Part shown: positions 46,517 through 56,852 of the stretch, piece by piece
Layout: each line of letters begins with the position of its first letter
How positions within the stretch are numbered: position 1 is the stretch's first letter
Assembly (NCBI GenBank): GCA_027023445.1
Contig: JALVVK010000127.1
Coordinates: 10,615-74,614, forward strand
Source: Deltaproteobacteria bacterium
GTDB taxonomy: Bacteria > Desulfobacterota > Dissulfuribacteria > Dissulfuribacterales > JALVPX01
DNA: 64,000 nucleotides
Direction of reading: 5' to 3'
Made by a program: the position numbers and the translations under genes
The notes under the pieces: model-generated
The model's input: only the letters and a program-made list of their open reading frames with translations
What the model was told of the DNA's origin: nothing
Databases searched by the model: none

Positions 46517-47593
46517 ATGAATTTGATCAAAGGAAAAATATTTTGCAGTGCCTTTTTAAATGTCATTATTTTGACAATATTACTTTCCGGTGCGACAATG
46601 CAATGTTCTGCCGCTTCCCGTGTGTCAGCAATTGCCGTGTTGCCGCTTCAATCCGAACTTGGAGCCCAAAAAGACTACATTGGTGCGGCCGCGGGACAAA
46701 TCCTTATCAGTAGGCTTGCGGCTCTTGGTATCAGGACCGTGGATCCCCTCACGGTCCGGAACGCATTGAAAAAAAACCATTTTGATCTGTCTTCACTTTC
46801 CAGCGAATTAGGGGGGGCCTGTATTGTGTCGGGCCGTGTTGCCAGTGCCGGGGAATATATGCAGATTTTTCTTTCCCTGTTATGTCCTCAAAACGGCAGG
46901 ACAATAAAAATTCATTCCAGACCGATAAAGGAAAAACAGATGCCGACTGAGCTGGGTTCCCTGGCAGACAGGATAAAATTATTGACAGAATCAGTCGATA
47001 TCACCACCGGAAAGGCAGATAAATCGTTGTCTGATAACAAGCAGGCTAAGGAATTGGCCCGGCTCAAACCCGAATCTCATGCCGACATCAGGGCCAGCGC
47101 TGGATCCTCGCATACTAAATCAGAAAACACGGAACAGAAACAACATCACCAGGCTCAATCAAACCAGGATGAATACGACGAGGGAGACAATCTTCTTCCA
47201 GACTACCCTGTTCCGGTAGATGAAGATATCCCCCAAAAGGCAGAGGTGAAAGATGAATCCGGCACGGCCAAGAAACAGAGCTCGCAGAAAAACGTGGCTG
47301 ATTCTGAGGACAGGGGCGCTTCGGGACTGGATAACAATGGAAGGAGCTGGCTTTACTGGCTGATGCCATGGAAAAGCAATCATGTGAAGACAGGTCAGAA
47401 AATGACCGCCCTTACCCCGAAGCTGCCTTATCCGCCCCCAGGCGTCACGGATACGCAGTCCGGGCGGTCCGGGGATATGGGATCAGACAGGGTAAATCCC
47501 CGGGACAGGCAAGGCGCATCTCCAGACCAGGGCGCCGTAAATTCCATCCCGAAAGACATCCCCGCTGAAGGTCCGATATGGCAGTGGCGATAA
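46517..47593 (+). CDS. Secreted hypothetical protein with a low-complexity charged C-terminal half
   Basis: ATG 46517, signal-like MNLIKGKIFCSAFLNVIILTILLSGATMQCSAA, an N-terminal ~130-aa globular region, then Q/K/E/D/S-rich sequence. No motif recognised. Confidence 0.5.
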   Translation: MNLIKGKIFCSAFLNVIILTILLSGATMQCSAASRVSAIAVLPLQSELGAQKDYIGAAAGQILISRLAALGIRTVDPLTVRNALKKNHFDLSSLSSELGGACIVSGRVASAGEYMQIFLSLLCPQNGRTIKIHSRPIKEKQMPTELGSLADRIKLLTESVDITTGKADKSLSDNKQAKELARLKPESHADIRASAGSSHTKSENTEQKQHHQAQSNQDEYDEGDNLLPDYPVPVDEDIPQKAEVKDESGTAKKQSSQKNVADSEDRGASGLDNNGRSWLYWLMPWKSNHVKTGQKMTALTPKLPYPPPGVTDTQSGRSGDMGSDRVNPRDRQGASPDQGAVNSIPKDIPAEGPIWQWR

Positions 47594-47693
47594 TAAAGTT
47601 ATCCCGCTTTGTTTCCTGCCGGTTGTTACGTTATGTTTCAAGCATTGCGTCACCCGGCAGGTCCACGTATTCATGGGGCACCACATCCCAATC

Positions 47694-48785
47694 CTATTTT
47701 CCGGACGGCCTTCCCGATAGCTTAACACGTACACGACGGAGGGTTTCGTTCCTGTAGACAGATAGTGTGATCGTATCTCCAGGATACATGCGTCTTAACT
47801 GTGACAGGACCTCAATATCCGAACGTACGTTTTTGCCATTCACCGCAACGATGATATCCCCGCCCGCATAATAAATCTGATTTCCAAGACATACCTTGCG
47901 GCTGGCCGCACGTAGCCCTGCCTTTGCTCCCGGACCATTTCTGGCAAGGTTCGTTACCATGGCCCCATGATCCACAGGAAGTCCCAAGATTCTTGCCAGT
48001 GAAGGAGTTACTGGTTGGAGGGTCACGCCCATCCACGGCCGCTCCACGCTGCCCCTGGATATAATCTGGGAGGCAATCCAGATTACCGTGTCTGATGAAA
48101 TGGCGAAACCGATACCAGGGACAGGGCCTTCGGGAAGGAACAGAGCCGTGTTCATGCCTATGGCCCTGCCGGATAAATCAACAAGGGGGCCTCCCCGCCA
48201 TGATTTCTGAACCGGGATATTGGTCTGGATAACCATGTCCACCGCATAGCCTGAAGGGGTAAGAACAGAGGGACGTATAGCGCTGATGATCCCCTGAGCT
48301 ACTACAAATCCCCTGGTAAAAGGGCTTGCCAGTGATAACACCTTGCGGCCCGGTTTCAGTGTGTCAAAGGTACCCATGGCCATTGGATCAAGTGATTGCA
48401 ATTCATCTTTCGGGGCCTGGATCTGCAATATGGCAATACCAGTCTCCGGATCCGTTCCCAAAAACTTGGCAGGCCAGCGATTGCCATTGAATAAAATCAC
48501 TTCCACCGCATGCGGATCAGAAATTATCTCCATCGTCGTAGCTACATGCCCGTCTCCGTCGATAATAAATCCAGATCCCATTCCCGCGGGCTGCACCGGG
48601 CGGGAGAGATCCTGCGGGGTGATAGTGGTACTCACAACACCTACAACCCCCCTGCATATCCTGGAACAAAGGGCGGTGACGGTGGACTTGCTCCAGGCGC
48701 AGGAAAAGCCGGAAGCAACCAGGATAATGCCTGCGGCCGCCATGAACAGACAGAAAATCCGTCCTGCAGGTTCCTGAAATTTCAT
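47694..48785 (-). CDS. HtrA/DegS-like trypsin-fold plus PDZ protein with all three catalytic-triad positions substituted
   Basis: GSGFIID...GIAILQI...GGPLVDLSGRAIGMNTA...GIGFAI plus a PDZ region aligns with DegS/DegP. The aligned His, Asp and Ser positions read Glu, Gly and Arg. Confidence 0.75.
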   Translation of the reverse strand: MKFQEPAGRIFCLFMAAAGIILVASGFSCAWSKSTVTALCSRICRGVVGVVSTTITPQDLSRPVQPAGMGSGFIIDGDGHVATTMEIISDPHAVEVILFNGNRWPAKFLGTDPETGIAILQIQAPKDELQSLDPMAMGTFDTLKPGRKVLSLASPFTRGFVVAQGIISAIRPSVLTPSGYAVDMVIQTNIPVQKSWRGGPLVDLSGRAIGMNTALFLPEGPVPGIGFAISSDTVIWIASQIISRGSVERPWMGVTLQPVTPSLARILGLPVDHGAMVTNLARNGPGAKAGLRAASRKVCLGNQIYYAGGDIIVAVNGKNVRSDIEVLSQLRRMYPGDTITLSVYRNETLRRVRVKLSGRPSGK

Positions 48786-49594
48786 TGCACACCTCCCCCT
48801 GCCAGCAGGATTGCCACGATTCCTGCCAGAACAAGACGATAGGATACAAAGGGATAAAAGGTATGCCTTACCAGGAATTTCATTAAAAAGGCAATGGCAA
48901 GATAGCCTGAGATGCAGGCGGCCAGAAAACCCCAGAGATAACTGGCATCCAGGCCTGAAAAACCGTGCCTGAAGAGCTTTAACCCCTCATAAAAACCGGC
49001 TCCTGCTATAATGGGCGCTGAAAGCAGGAAGGAAAACTTGGCTGCGGCCTGCCTTTCCATGCCAAGGAACAGGGCCGCGGTCATGGTAATCCCGCTCCTG
49101 GACACTCCTGGTACAACGGCGAGGGCCTGGGCGCAGCCTACAACGAGCGCGTCCCTGACCCCGATGCGCTCAAAGGTTCTGTTCTGCCTTGACATGCGTT
49201 CCGCGGCAAAAAGAAGCAGAGCAACGCCTGACAGGGTGCTTACCACCACCCAGGGCGATCTCAGCACTGTGGAGACAATGTCTTCCAGGAAAAAACCAAA
49301 AATGGCGCCGGGTATTGTGCCAAGTATCAACAGAAACAAAAGCCTTGCGTCCCTTTGATTAACAAGGGAACCCGCCATTGCCTTCCAATCCTCACGGAAA
49401 TAATACAGTACGGCCAAGAGGGTCCCCATGTGTAGCGTCACATCAAATACGATTGAAACATCCTTAAGGCCCAGGAAATATTCCGCCAGGATCAGATGCC
49501 CTGAACTGGACACAGGCAAAAATTCCGTAGCCCCCTGAAGGATTCCAAGCATGACTGCGTCAACAGGATTCATAATCATGATTGATATTGCCAC
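48782..49594 (-). CDS. uppP: Undecaprenyl-diphosphate phosphatase
   Basis: GILQGATEFLPVSSSGHL and PGVSRSGITM motifs. The exact start is uncertain. Confidence 0.9.
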   Translation of the reverse strand: MAISIMIMNPVDAVMLGILQGATEFLPVSSSGHLILAEYFLGLKDVSIVFDVTLHMGTLLAVLYYFREDWKAMAGSLVNQRDARLLFLLILGTIPGAIFGFFLEDIVSTVLRSPWVVVSTLSGVALLLFAAERMSRQNRTFERIGVRDALVVGCAQALAVVPGVSRSGITMTAALFLGMERQAAAKFSFLLSAPIIAGAGFYEGLKLFRHGFSGLDASYLWGFLAACISGYLAIAFLMKFLVRHTFYPFVSYRLVLAGIVAILLAGGGVQ

Positions 49595-49640
49595 CCCACA
49601 CCTTTACATTATAGAGAATATTAATGGTTATGCCTTAAAT

Positions 49641-49750
49641 TTTCATGCAAGGTGGTGCTTCGCATCCCTGAACATGAAAGCAGGCTCAACGCCCAAAGGT
49701 ATAAGGCAAAAAATAATATCTTTAATCTCTTACTTTGGGCCTTGAGCTTT
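49641..49750 (+). repeat. Family B repeat: hairpin plus a second, unrelated hairpin
   Basis: TTTCATGCAAGGTGGTGCTTCGCATCCCTGAACATGAAA, then GGCTCAACGCCCAAAGG pairing with CTTTGGGCCTTGAGC. Confidence 0.65.
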
Positions 49751-49831
49751 CAGCTTTGAGCTTTTTCAGATAAAAATTGTATTTTTGAAACCTTTCAACA
49801 ATAAACCAGGCAAAAAGTTTACTCAATAGCT

Positions 49832-50842
49832 ATGACAATTAAAAAGAAAGACCTCGGAAGACTTATTATGGCAGGTTTACCTGCACGGACACTGACCAGG
49901 GATATCCGGGAGTTCATCCTGGAAAATGGACTTTGCAATTTCGTCCTGTTTAAACGTAATGTGGACAAGGGGATTGAACAGGCCAGGGCACTATGCCAGG
50001 ATATTAAAGACCTGTGCCAGGAGGCAGGCCTTCCTTTTCCTGTAATTGCAACGGATCAGGAGGGAGGAACAGTACAGAGGCTCGCGCCTCCCCACTGGCC
50101 TTCTATACCGGGAAACATGCAGGTCGCGAAGGCGATGGACCCCTTAAAAGCGGTGGATGAACAGGTGGATGAGGTGGTGCAGAGCCTGAAGTCAATAGGG
50201 GTATCCCTGAACCTTGCCCCTGTCCTTGACGTAGGCCCGGCAAACACAGGGGTTCTCAAGGGACGCACATATGGACAGGATCCCAGGATGGTATCCTACC
50301 TTGGACTTGCATATATACGGAAACTCCAGTTCATGGGCATCGGGGCAACGGCAAAACATTTTCCCGGTATCGGCAGGGTTGAGCAGGACCCCCATGTAAA
50401 AAGGCCTGTAATACATGCCGATGCCAGGACAATCTTCAGGGAACTTATGCCTTTTGAATATGCCATTGAGATGTCAGTCCAGGCCATAATGACCTCCCAT
50501 GTGATATATACAGACCTTGATCCGGACAACCCAGCTACCTTTTCAAGGGCTATTGTCACAGATCTCCTGAGGGGGAAAATGGCTTACAAAGGGGTGGCCA
50601 TGACAGATGACCTTGAGATGGGGGGCATCACCGCTTACGGTGAAACAGGGGAGGCTTCCGTGAGGGCACTGGAGGCCGGACATGATCTCCTGTTGATATG
50701 TAACGATCCTGAACGGGTGACAGAGGCAGTGGATTCGATCCATAAGGCTGTCATGCAGGGAAGGCTTGCCACGCAGGAGATAGAACTTCACCTTAATCGT
50801 GTGGAGCGAATGCGAAATCATCTGGCCTCCACAAATCATTGA
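49832..50842 (+). CDS. nagZ: Beta-N-acetylhexosaminidase (GH3, NagZ-like)
   Basis: TDQEGGTVQRL, KHFPGIGRVEQDPH (Asp-x-His retained) and AMTDDLEM motifs. Confidence 0.85.
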   Translation: MTIKKKDLGRLIMAGLPARTLTRDIREFILENGLCNFVLFKRNVDKGIEQARALCQDIKDLCQEAGLPFPVIATDQEGGTVQRLAPPHWPSIPGNMQVAKAMDPLKAVDEQVDEVVQSLKSIGVSLNLAPVLDVGPANTGVLKGRTYGQDPRMVSYLGLAYIRKLQFMGIGATAKHFPGIGRVEQDPHVKRPVIHADARTIFRELMPFEYAIEMSVQAIMTSHVIYTDLDPDNPATFSRAIVTDLLRGKMAYKGVAMTDDLEMGGITAYGETGEASVRALEAGHDLLLICNDPERVTEAVDSIHKAVMQGRLATQEIELHLNRVERMRNHLASTNH

Positions 50843-50899
50843 TCACACAAGACCAGATACGAAGACTGCTGTTCACAAAAATTCATACTATGGATCAAG

Positions 50900-51368
50900 A
50901 TGCGCAGTTTTCTGCTTCTTGCCCTTCCAGTTGGCATTGTGGCCGGTCTTGGATCTGTTGTCTATACCCTGCAGGATCTGTCGCATGTGGTATTCCTGGA
51001 CCACATGGCAGGTTACAGGCCCACGGGGCAAGGTGGAAAACATCCACTGTTTCATGCCTCGTCCAATCCCTTTGTAAGATGGATGCTCATAGTGGTGCCT
51101 ACAATTGGAGGCATTCTCTCTGTATGGCTTATCTACACATTTACCCCCGAAGGACATGGGACAGGTGCGGCCATAGAGGCATATCATTTCAACTGGATGA
51201 TCATACAGGACGGAATGCCACCTATCAGGATAATCGCCTCTGCACTCACCATTGGTTCGGGCGGCTCAGGAGGCCTATAGGAGCCAATCGCCCAGATCGG
51301 AGCGGTCGTTGGATCCATAATATCACGTTCGCTTGGCCTCTGGGAACATGAAAGATTGCGTCCTGAAT
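50900..51368 (+). pseudogene. ClC-type chloride channel remnant (about the N-terminal quarter, with an internal stop)
   Basis: The frame reads ...PEGHGTGAAIEAYH...LTIGSGGSGGL, then TAG at 51278-51280 where ClC proteins have GREGP. The same frame continues EPIAQIGAVVGSIISRSLGLWEHERL, then stops. About 430 codons expected for a ClC protein are absent before ribD. Confidence 0.75.
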
Positions 51369-51403
51369 AACAGTAGGCAGATCTCAGGGGAAACAATCCC
51401 TAC

Positions 51404-52591
51404 CTAATGCCTCTGTTTTTTCCAGAGGGCATTGAGGTCGGAAATCATGCCCTGGATGAGAAGGTTGTCGCCAAGGGCCTGTCTTTTTACGTGGTGGAGC
51501 CTGCAGGCATGGTCCAGTGTGCCGGCTCCCATGCCTCCGATGCCGGGTCTCGCATCCAGCCCGCCGATTACCATGGGCGCGTAAAAGAAAAGCGCTTCGT
51601 CCACAAGGCGCTGATCCCAGAAAGAGCCGTGAACCGTGGCGCCTCCTTCCACAAGAATTGACTGTATCCCCATGTCGCCAAGACTTGACAGAAGTGCCCT
51701 GAGGTCTATCCCCCCGGAGGAACCGTCTGCCGGAAGCAGCAGGATGGATGCGCCGGCTGCCTCAAATCTGCGTATCCTGTCGGCAGATGCTTTTCCCCTG
51801 ACTCCCACCAGCAGTGTGGGGGCATGAGGGTTGTCGGCACTCCTGAGCCATTCTTCCATGGACACAGAAGATTCCTTCACCACCTTGCTGTCAAGAGGAC
51901 TGGACAGGGAACTGTCGAGAATCACGCGCAGAGGATCCCTGGCCGTGCCACGCGGCAATCTGCATGTCAGCGAAGGATCATCTGCCAGAACCGTCCCCTT
52001 CCCCACCAGAATGGCGTCGCATATGTGTCGCATGCGGTGACCGTAGGCCCTGGACCGCCGATTGGTAATCCACTGGGAATGACCGGTACGGGTGGCGGTT
52101 CGGCCATCAAGACTCATGGCGACCTTGCTTATTATCCACGGGAGCCCGGTTGTAAGGTGTTTGGCAAAAGGGGCGATAATTTTTCTGCATTCATATTCAA
52201 GGCATCCAGACTTCACGGAAAGGCCCCTGGACCGAAGAAACCCGATCCCTCCGCCATCGACCCTGGGATTCGGATCAACAGTGCCAACGACCACGCGGCT
52301 GATTCCCGCTTTCAGTATGGCGCGGGTGCATGGCGGGGTGCGTCCTGTATGATTGCACGGCTCAAGTGTGACATAGATCGTGGCATTTTGGGCCCTAATG
52401 CCAGCGGCGTTCAAGGCATGAACCTCTGCGTGAGGGGTGCCGGCCTTCATGTGCCAGCCCTCCCCGACTATACGGCCATCCCTGACAACTACCGCTCCAA
52501 CTGCGGGATTCGGCCTGGTAGCCCCAAGCCCCTTGCGGGCAAGGGCAAGGGCACGGCGCATGAATTTAATGTCATCCCCTGCCCACATCAT
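51404..52591 (-). CDS. ribD: Bifunctional riboflavin biosynthesis deaminase/reductase
   Basis: HAEVHAL and PCNHTGRTPPC deaminase motifs plus a reductase domain. I prefer the start at [15 protein letters not shown]; the track ORF starts at 52615. Confidence 0.9.
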   Translation of the reverse strand: MMWAGDDIKFMRRALALARKGLGATRPNPAVGAVVVRDGRIVGEGWHMKAGTPHAEVHALNAAGIRAQNATIYVTLEPCNHTGRTPPCTRAILKAGISRVVVGTVDPNPRVDGGGIGFLRSRGLSVKSGCLEYECRKIIAPFAKHLTTGLPWIISKVAMSLDGRTATRTGHSQWITNRRSRAYGHRMRHICDAILVGKGTVLADDPSLTCRLPRGTARDPLRVILDSSLSSPLDSKVVKESSVSMEEWLRSADNPHAPTLLVGVRGKASADRIRRFEAAGASILLLPADGSSGGIDLRALLSSLGDMGIQSILVEGGATVHGSFWDQRLVDEALFFYAPMVIGGLDARPGIGGMGAGTLDHACRLHHVKRQALGDNLLIQGMISDLNALWKKQRH

Positions 52592-53060
52592 CCTGTTTGC
52601 CTGAAGATGAATCATTCAGTATTTCAAGCAGTTGAGCCATAAATTCTTTCAGATCCTTGAACTGCTTGTATACCGAGGCAAAACGGACATAGGCCACATC
52701 ATCCCATTCCCTGAGCTGGGCCATTACCTTCTCTCCGATAAACCGACCGGTTATTTCTCTGTCACCCCGGTCCTGAATCTCTTTTTCCAGGGAATTTACA
52801 AAGGATTCAACCTGATCCATGCTTATCGGGCGTTTCTCGCATGCCTTGAGAATGCCTTCTATAACCTTTTTCCTGTCAAACGGTTCACGTCTGCCGTCCT
52901 TTTTTACCACCATTGGCTGAAATTCTTCCACCCGCTCATAGGTGGTAAATCTCTCACCGCATTTCAGACATTCGCGGCGGCGCCGGATGGCCCTGCCGTC
53001 TTTGCTTGCCCTCGAATCCACTACCTTGCTGTCCGCAGATGAGCAAAAAGGGCATCTCAT
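52572..53060 (-). CDS. nrdR: Transcriptional repressor NrdR
   Basis: [17 protein letters not shown] zinc ribbon plus an ATP-cone. Confidence 0.95.
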   Translation of the reverse strand: MRCPFCSSADSKVVDSRASKDGRAIRRRRECLKCGERFTTYERVEEFQPMVVKKDGRREPFDRKKVIEGILKACEKRPISMDQVESFVNSLEKEIQDRGDREITGRFIGEKVMAQLREWDDVAYVRFASVYKQFKDLKEFMAQLLEILNDSSSGKQDDVGRG

Positions 53061-53554
53061 GACATTTCATCCTTTGTGTGGAATACAATGTCCGTGGTGC
53101 ATGCCCTGAGATCTATGTCTGCCTCCCTGAGCATTCCCATTGAAAGCTCATCAGGATACCCTTCCTGGTATCTGATGGATACGACCCCTGCGTTAATAAG
53201 CATTTTTGTGCATATTACGCATGGCAGATTGGTGCAATAAAGGGTAGATCCGGCTACCGGAACACCATGCTGGGCTGCCTGAATCAATACGTTCTGTTCC
53301 GCGTGCAGTGCACGGCAGAGTTCATGGCGCTGACCTGATGGCACATGCATTTCTTCACGAAGGCACCCAAGTTCAAGACAGTGTTTGAGACCGGCAGGCG
53401 CGCCGTTATATCCGGTGGCAAGAATCCTGTGATCCTTTACCAGTACAGCGCCCACCTTTCTCCGCAGGCAGGTAGATCGAAGGGCCACCAGATGGGCAAT
53501 GGACATAAAGTAGGAATCCCATGATGGCCTGCTGTTATTCCCGCGCGCCTCCAT
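53057..53554 (-). CDS. dCMP deaminase (ComEB-like)
   Basis: HAEQN and PCVICTKM zinc motifs. I prefer the ATG at 53554, which lies after the glyA stop. Confidence 0.85.
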   Translation of the reverse strand: MEARGNNSRPSWDSYFMSIAHLVALRSTCLRRKVGAVLVKDHRILATGYNGAPAGLKHCLELGCLREEMHVPSGQRHELCRALHAEQNVLIQAAQHGVPVAGSTLYCTNLPCVICTKMLINAGVVSIRYQEGYPDELSMGMLREADIDLRACTTDIVFHTKDEMS

Positions 53555-54854
53555 TAGTCCATTGGCCCTCCGGAACCGTATGTGCAAGCCCTGAGCTTTT
53601 CTCGTATCTGGCAAGCCGGGCCTGGTAAAGGGGATACCTGTTGCATATATCCAGAACCTTTAACCTGATTTCTCTGATTCTTTTATCATCATCAGGATGG
53701 GTCAGAAGTTCTGCTATGTAATTGCCGATCTCCTGCATGTCCGCTGGCCCCAGGCCCCTTGTGGTCACAGCAGGGGTGCCAATGCGTATTCCGCTGGTAA
53801 CCCTGGGCGGCCTGGTGTCAAAGGGGATGGCATTTTTGTTTACTGTAATGCCGGCCTTCTCCAAAACATTTTCCGCCTCGGCTCCAGTGACGCCTTTGTC
53901 AGACAGGTCCAGCAGGACAAGATGATTATCAGTTCCGCCTGAAACCAGACGAAAACCTTTTTCATGGAGTACTCGTGCAAGTTCCTGCGCGTTCGCAACA
54001 ATGCGCTGCTGATAAAATTTGAATTCGCTCCCAAGGGCCTCTTTAAAGGCAACCGCCTTTGCGGCTATCACATGCATGAGTGGCCCACCCTGAATACCAG
54101 GGAAAATCTGGCTGTTAAGAAGGCGCCCGTATTTTTCTCTGGAGAGGATGATGCCACCTCTGGGCCCGCGCAGGGTTTTGTGTGTGGTGGAGGTGATGAA
54201 ATGGGCAAAAGGCACCGGGGATGGATGAATGCCCGCGGCTACAAGCCCCGCGATGTGGGCCATATCCACCATGAGATAGGCGCCTACCTCCTCGGCGATG
54301 GCCCCAAAGGAGGCAAAATCAATGGTGCGGGGATAGGCGCTGGCCCCGGCAACTATCATCTTTGGCCTGTGTTTTCTGGCAAGATCTGCCACCTCGGCCA
54401 TATCGATGGTTTCCGATTCCCTGCTCACTCCGTAATGAACAATATTGAAAAAACGGCCGGAGAAACTCACGGATGCCCCGTGGGACAGGTGCCCGCCGTG
54501 TGCGAGATTCATGGAAAGAATCGTATCTCCTGGATCAAGGGTGGCGAAATAGACCGCCATGTTGGCCTGGCTGCCGGAATGGGGTTGAACATTTGCGTAT
54601 TCCGAACCAAACAGTGTGTTAAGGCGGTCCACCGCAAGCTGCTCTACTACATCCATATTCTCGCAGCCACCGTAGTAGCGTCTTCCGGGATATCCCTCGG
54701 CATATTTGTTCATGAAGACACTGCCTTCTGCCTCAAGAACCGCTTCACTGACAAAATTTTCTGATGCAATCATCTCAAGCTGGGTGGTCTGTCTTTCAAT
54801 TTCGGCCCGTAAGGCGCCAAAGACCTCGGGATCCACATCGCTAAGGTAAAACAC
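53535..54854 (-). CDS. glyA: Serine hydroxymethyltransferase
   Basis: LEMIASENF...[15 protein letters not shown]-Lys motif. GTG start. Confidence 0.95.
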   Translation of the reverse strand: MFYLSDVDPEVFGALRAEIERQTTQLEMIASENFVSEAVLEAEGSVFMNKYAEGYPGRRYYGGCENMDVVEQLAVDRLNTLFGSEYANVQPHSGSQANMAVYFATLDPGDTILSMNLAHGGHLSHGASVSFSGRFFNIVHYGVSRESETIDMAEVADLARKHRPKMIVAGASAYPRTIDFASFGAIAEEVGAYLMVDMAHIAGLVAAGIHPSPVPFAHFITSTTHKTLRGPRGGIILSREKYGRLLNSQIFPGIQGGPLMHVIAAKAVAFKEALGSEFKFYQQRIVANAQELARVLHEKGFRLVSGGTDNHLVLLDLSDKGVTGAEAENVLEKAGITVNKNAIPFDTRPPRVTSGIRIGTPAVTTRGLGPADMQEIGNYIAELLTHPDDDKRIREIRLKVLDICNRYPLYQARLARYEKSSGLAHTVPEGQWTNGGARE

Positions 54855-54856
54855 TT

Positions 54857-55288
54857 TTAATCTCCATCCATCATGCTTATTCTTCTCAGGTGCCTTCCGC
54901 CATCAAACGGAGTGGTAAGCCATACCTTTACCATTTCTTCCGCAAGACCAGGGCCGATGACCCTTCCTCCCATGCAAAGTATGTTTGCGTCATTGTGCCG
55001 GCGGCTCATTTTTGCGGTAAATAGCTCGTGGCACAGGGCGGCTCTTATGCCGGAAACCCTGTTGGCCGTCATGGAAACGCCGATTCCAGTGCCACAGATG
55101 AGGATCCCCCTGTCGCAGCCGCCCGAGGCCACCAGATGAGCAACTTCCCTGGCCTGTACAGGATAATCCACGGATTCCGTGGAGTAACAGCCCACATCCC
55201 GGACCTCGTGGCCAAGGTCCGCGAGGAGAGAGCGAATTCTCTCCTTCAGCTCGAATCCCCCATGATCTGAACCTATCGCTATTTTCAT
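54857..55288 (-). CDS. rpiB: Ribose-5-phosphate isomerase B
   Basis: [15 protein letters not shown]...ILICGTGIG. Confidence 0.92.
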   Translation of the reverse strand: MKIAIGSDHGGFELKERIRSLLADLGHEVRDVGCYSTESVDYPVQAREVAHLVASGGCDRGILICGTGIGVSMTANRVSGIRAALCHELFTAKMSRRHNDANILCMGGRVIGPGLAEEMVKVWLTTPFDGGRHLRRISMMDGD

Positions 55289-55300
55289 CCGAATGCCCTT

Positions 55301-56557
55301 TTACGAAAATTTACGGAATATCAACACGGCATTGGTGCCGCCAAAACCAAAGGAATTTGACATGACGGTAGTCAGGTCCTTTTTCCTTGCCTTATTGGGT
55401 ACGTAATCCAGATCACACCCCGGATCCGGATTCTCATAATTGATAGTGGGCGGCATTATGCCGTCTTCCAGTGCCTTGATACAGAAAACCGCTTCTATGC
55501 CGCCAGCGCCACCCAGGAGATGGCCGGTCATGGACTTTGTCGAGCTGACGGGAATTTGCCTGGCTCTTTCTTTGAAAACGGTCTTTATCGCCTTTGTTTC
55601 GCAGGAATCGTTGAGAGGCGTACTGGTGCCGTGGGCGTTTATATAGTCGATTTCCCGGTAGGTGATGCCGGCATCCTCCAGCGCCATGGCCATACAACGC
55701 GCAGCCCCCTCGCCGTCATCCGGCGGGGCGGTCATGTGATATGCATCCCCGGTGAGACCGTAGCCTTTTATCTCCCCCCTTATGCGAGCTCCTCTTGTCT
55801 GGGCGTGCTCCAGGGACTCAATAATCAGGATGCCGGAACCTTCTCCGATGATGAAGCCGTCACGGTCCCTTTCAAAGGGTCTGGATGCCTTTTCCGGTTG
55901 GTCATTTCTCAGAGAAAGGGCCTTGAGCGCTGAAAATCCGGACAGGGCCAGGGGAGTTATCACCGACTCGGAACCACCGCATATCATCACATCGGCCACA
56001 CCCCACTGGACCAGTTTGAATGCCTCGCCTATGGCATGAGTCCCGGCCGCACAGGCCGTACAGACCACAAGATTCGGGCCCTTGGCGCCGAACATGATGG
56101 ATATGTGGCCTGATGCCATGTTGGGAATGGCCATGGGAATAAAAAAGGGGCTGACCCTTTTGGGGCCTTTCTGTACCAGAATGTCCCTGTAATGTTCAAT
56201 GGTACCAAGGCCTCCAAGACCACAACCCGTGTATATCCCCACCCTGTCGGCCATATCATCGGTAATCTCAAGCCCCGCGTCGTCAAGGGCCATCCGGGTT
56301 GCGGCCACAGCCAGATGCACAAAGGGATCCAGGCGCCTTACCATCTTCGGAGGCATGAAGTCCGAGGGATTGAAGCCTTTTACCTCGGCCGCAATACGGC
56401 ATGGGTATCCGGATGCATCAAATTTGGTCACAGGGCCGATTCCTGATCTGCCCGCGACAATGTTTTTCCAGCTCTCATCTACCCCCACACCCAGGGGGGA
56501 AACAAGACCGATGCCGGTGACTACCACTCTTCTCTTTTCTGTTTTTGAAATCGACAT
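55301..56557 (-). CDS. fabF: 3-oxoacyl-ACP synthase II
   Basis: RRVVVTGIG, active-site ACAAG Cys, and [14 protein letters not shown] His motifs. I prefer the ATG at 56557. Confidence 0.93.
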   Translation of the reverse strand: MSISKTEKRRVVVTGIGLVSPLGVGVDESWKNIVAGRSGIGPVTKFDASGYPCRIAAEVKGFNPSDFMPPKMVRRLDPFVHLAVAATRMALDDAGLEITDDMADRVGIYTGCGLGGLGTIEHYRDILVQKGPKRVSPFFIPMAIPNMASGHISIMFGAKGPNLVVCTACAAGTHAIGEAFKLVQWGVADVMICGGSESVITPLALSGFSALKALSLRNDQPEKASRPFERDRDGFIIGEGSGILIIESLEHAQTRGARIRGEIKGYGLTGDAYHMTAPPDDGEGAARCMAMALEDAGITYREIDYINAHGTSTPLNDSCETKAIKTVFKERARQIPVSSTKSMTGHLLGGAGGIEAVFCIKALEDGIMPPTINYENPDPGCDLDYVPNKARKKDLTTVMSNSFGFGGTNAVLIFRKFS

Positions 56558-56589
56558 AGTCCTGGTTTCTGCGATCGCGTCCAAGTAGT

Positions 56590-56826
56590 TTACTTGCCGG
56601 CCCTTTCTTTTATGTAGTTGATGGCATCCTGAACGGTCTGCATCTTCTCGCTCTCCTCATCAGCGATTTCAACGCCGTATTCCTCTTCCATGGCCATTAC
56701 CAGCTCGACGAGATCCAGCGAATCCGCTCCAAGGTCATCCACAAAAGACGCCTCAGGAACCACCTTTTCCTTAGGTACACTCAACTGACTCGCTATAATA
56801 TCAACCATTTTGGATTCTACGCTCAT
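56590..56826 (-). CDS. acpP: Acyl carrier protein
   Basis: 78 aa with the DLGADSLD phosphopantetheine site. Confidence 0.96.
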   Translation of the reverse strand: MSVESKMVDIIASQLSVPKEKVVPEASFVDDLGADSLDLVELVMAMEEEYGVEIADEESEKMQTVQDAINYIKERAGK

Positions 56827-56852
56827 GTTTTCCTCCTGTTATTAATGATATA

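Noticed and set aside
50839-51351. 170-aa ORF overlapping the ClC remnant in another frame.
   Set aside because: It has no recognisable motif. The +1-shifted frame starting at 50900 carries clear ClC homology, so this is a shadow frame.
51340-51362. CTCTGGGAACATGAAAG at the end of the ClC remnant resembles the right arm of the family B hairpin, which would suggest a repeat insertion truncated the gene.
   Set aside because: The same nucleotides still translate into ClC-like sequence (LGLWEHERL). The match to family B is only about 12 nt, so it is most likely coincidental.
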